A DNA stretch of 54,401 nucleotides from a bacterium (GTDB lineage Bacteria > UBA6262 > WVXT01), in the NCBI GenBank assembly GCA_046759165.1, contig JBHIBS010000006.1:1-54401 (forward strand). Direction: 5' to 3'. The notes under the pieces are model-generated. The model ran no database searches, was not told the DNA's origin, and saw nothing but the letters and a program-made list of their open reading frames with translations. The position numbers and the translations under genes are program-made. Below are positions 52,046-54,401 of this stretch, piece by piece (within the stretch, counting starts at the first letter, position 1; the number at the start of each line of letters is the position of its first letter).

Positions 52046-54190
52046 ATGAAATTAATGGGTAATCTCTTTCTATTTATAATATTGTTTCTCTCGGTCGCTA
52101 CTCAACCTGCCCATTTAGAAGATTTAGGGATAAAAGAAGAGAGATACTATTTTGAAGAAGGTCTCAAGTATTATAGAGCGAAAAACCATGAGCTTGCGCT
52201 AGAAAATTTTCTGCAAGTACTGGAATTAAATCCAAAGAATAAATTAGCCCTGAAATACCTGAATAGGGCAAGAGATGAACTTAAGAGAAGAAAAGAGCAG
52301 GAACTTCTCAATCAGGCTATTAAAGATTATCAGGATCAGAATTATGAAGTTGCTCTGGATAAGTTTGCGCGGGTTTTGGATTTGGACCCAAAAAACACTG
52401 AAGCGATAGACTACATACAAAAGATTAAGGAAGAAACCAGTCTCATCGAGAGGGTAAAGAGTAAAGTTATAAGTGAACAGGAGAGACGCAAGGCAGAAAG
52501 GCCAGTAATCGAGGAAATATCCAAGATGGCTCAGGACATTGAAGAGATTAAAAGAGAAGTTGCTAAAGCGAAAGAAGATTTAGGGATAAAAGAAGAGAGA
52601 TACTATTTTGAAGAGGGTCTCAAGTATTACAGAGCGAAAAACTATGAGCTTGCGCAAGAAAATTTTCTGCAAGTACTGGAATTAAATCCAAAGAATAAAT
52701 TAGCCCTGAAATACCTGAATAGGGCAAGAGATGAACTTAAGAGAAGAAAAGAGCAGGAACTTCTCAATCAGGCTATTAAAGATTATCAGGATCAGAATTA
52801 TGAAGTTGCTCTGGATAAGTTTGCGCGGGTTTTGGATTTGGACCCAAAAAACACTGAAGCGATAGACTACATACAAAAGATTAAGGAAGAAACCAGTCTC
52901 ATCGAGAGGGTAAAGAGTAAAGTTATAAGTGAACAGGAGAGACGCAAGGCAGAAAGGCCAGTAATCGAGGAAATATCCAAGATGGCTCAGGACATTGAAG
53001 AAATAATTAAAAGAGAAGTTGCTAAAGCGAGATTGGAAGGACCAAAGGAATTGCCTCCAGGAATTTCTGAAAAGAGGCCCTCAATTATGCGCATTCTGTT
53101 TCCGCCATTTCTTCTTTTCGGTGGAGTGCTTATCGTGGTGTTGTTTGCATATAAGGGACTGATTTCAAAAAGGCGAGGATTGACGGATAAAAACCTAAAG
53201 CTACTGGAGGATCTCAACAAGACTGCCACTACTACTGAGCACAAGGGAGAAATCTTGGACACTCTTCTTAAGGCTTTCATGGAGACAGTCGAAGCAAAGT
53301 CAGGGGCATTATTGATCGTTGAAGATAAGACAGCCGATTTAGTCTTGGCAGCCGGGGTAGAGCTTAGACCCGACATCCCCAAGGACCTGAGGTTTAATAA
53401 GGAGAGCACTGTTGTCGCTGAAATAGCAAGAATTACAAGTCCAACTTCTGCAGCCGAGGTTTTGAAAGGTTCTACATATGACAATTTATTACTGTTCAAG
53501 AAGAAGCCACCCAGGCACCAGTCTTTCTTGCTTGTTCCACTAACTTACAAGAATCGGAATGTGGGGCTGGTTCTCTTAAATTCTAAAAGGTACAAAAGAA
53601 ATTTTCTACGAGAAAATCTAGGGATAATAGAAACGCTGGCGAGTCAGGCTGCAATAATTGTTGCCAACATTGCCTATGATCGCCAGGTAATTATGGACGG
53701 TTTGACCGGTCTTTATGTACATTGGTTCTTCTACCAATGTCTCGAGAAAGAGATCTCTCGAGCTGAGCGCCAAGATTTATCCTTGGCTCTACTAATGCTG
53801 GATCTGGACAATTTTAAGCAGTTCAATGATACCTACGGTCATCCTATGGGGGATAAAGCTTTAGTAAAAGTTGCTGAGAATCTTAAAAATGACCTCCGCC
53901 ATATCGATACGATTGCTCGTTATGGAGGAGAGGAATTCGCCATAATTTTGCCTGGAGTGGATGAAAAATTAGCTTTCAGAACAGCTGAGAGGATCAGGAA
54001 GGGTCTCGAAAGTTATCGCTTTCAAGTGGCTAATGGGCAATTTCGACTGACCTTGAGTATTGGAATTTCTATCTATGAGAAGGGCTTAAGTGCTGAGGAG
54101 ATGGTGGAGAGGGCAGACAAAGCGCTATACTGGGTTAAACAGCATGGCAGGAACCAGGTGAAGTACTGGAGAAGTCTCTTCGGCGGCTAG
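52046..54190 (+). CDS. Membrane diguanylate cyclase (TPR repeats-TM-GAF-GGDEF)
   Basis: Signal peptide, TPRs, one TM, GAF, DGLTGL, DLDNFK..ND.YGH..GD, I-site RHID, GGEEF. Confidence 0.92.
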   Translation: MKLMGNLFLFIILFLSVATQPAHLEDLGIKEERYYFEEGLKYYRAKNHELALENFLQVLELNPKNKLALKYLNRARDELKRRKEQELLNQAIKDYQDQNYEVALDKFARVLDLDPKNTEAIDYIQKIKEETSLIERVKSKVISEQERRKAERPVIEEISKMAQDIEEIKREVAKAKEDLGIKEERYYFEEGLKYYRAKNYELAQENFLQVLELNPKNKLALKYLNRARDELKRRKEQELLNQAIKDYQDQNYEVALDKFARVLDLDPKNTEAIDYIQKIKEETSLIERVKSKVISEQERRKAERPVIEEISKMAQDIEEIIKREVAKARLEGPKELPPGISEKRPSIMRILFPPFLLFGGVLIVVLFAYKGLISKRRGLTDKNLKLLEDLNKTATTTEHKGEILDTLLKAFMETVEAKSGALLIVEDKTADLVLAAGVELRPDIPKDLRFNKESTVVAEIARITSPTSAAEVLKGSTYDNLLLFKKKPPRHQSFLLVPLTYKNRNVGLVLLNSKRYKRNFLRENLGIIETLASQAAIIVANIAYDRQVIMDGLTGLYVHWFFYQCLEKEISRAERQDLSLALLMLDLDNFKQFNDTYGHPMGDKALVKVAENLKNDLRHIDTIARYGGEEFAIILPGVDEKLAFRTAERIRKGLESYRFQVANGQFRLTLSIGISIYEKGLSAEEMVERADKALYWVKQHGRNQVKYWRSLFGG
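52117..53030 (+). repeat. Tandem intragenic duplication, 456-bp period
   Basis: GAAGATTTAGGGATAAAAG recurs at 52118 and 52574; copies nearly identical. Confidence 0.95.
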
Positions 54191-54251
54191 TTTAAAATAT
54201 ACGGTTGGAATGTTTCTATTTTATATCAGGCAGCTTAGTGAGTTTAGAGTG

Positions 54252-54287
54252 ACCACCATGGACTATCTCCGGTGGTTTTTATTATTT
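54252..54287 (+). terminator. Probable intrinsic terminator
   Basis: ACCACC..GGTGGT followed by TTTTATTATTT. Confidence 0.55.
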
Positions 54288-54361
54288 AGAAAAATGTTTA
54301 AATGTGGTAGAAAATTACATTACCTATTTATGATTCTTGGTTCTAATTCAAGTTTCTTAAC

Positions 54362-54401
54362 CGAGAGCTACCCAAGTGGCTGAAGGGGCGGGTTTGCTAA
54401 A
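54362..54401 (+). tRNA. tRNA-Ser(GCT), 5' half, cut by the window edge
   Basis: ..GAGAGCTACCCAAGTGGCTGAAGGGG, anticodon loop TTGCTAA. Confidence 0.75.

Overview
Chromosomal replication-origin region of a bacterium, probably an uncultured anaerobic diderm lineage. The lineage call is inference from the gene mix: PorV-like barrel, T9SS-like CTD, CsgG, Na+ V-ATPase and a Dehalococcoides-type Re-citrate synthase. Gene orientation flips at rpmH/dnaA. Left arm (mostly minus strand): rpmH-rnpA-yidD-yidC-jag-mnmE, four accessory genes in place of mnmG, a perfect parS, rsmG-parA-parB, two lipoproteins, pckG, a divergent ndk plus Re-citrate synthase pair, a complete 9-gene Na+-type V/A-ATPase operon, nadE, rsmI, a sensor kinase, a truncated LysM-FecR gene, an AT-rich islet and a c-di-GMP-I riboswitch with terminator. 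Right arm (plus strand): dnaA-oriC-dnaN, a triply frameshifted recF, dciA, decayed signalling genes, an OmpR-type regulator, remB-gyrB-gyrA-archease-rtcB-serS and tRNA-Ser(TGA). A block between two tRNA-Ser genes holds a second c-di-GMP-I riboswitch ahead of a DNRLRE/T9SS-CTD-like protein, a PorV-like barrel and a TPR-GAF-GGDEF cyclase with a recent 456-bp internal duplication. Several families of small palindromic repeats occupy intergenic spaces, supply stop codons, and may have entered housekeeping proteins in frame. No CRISPR array, rRNA or intact transposase was seen.
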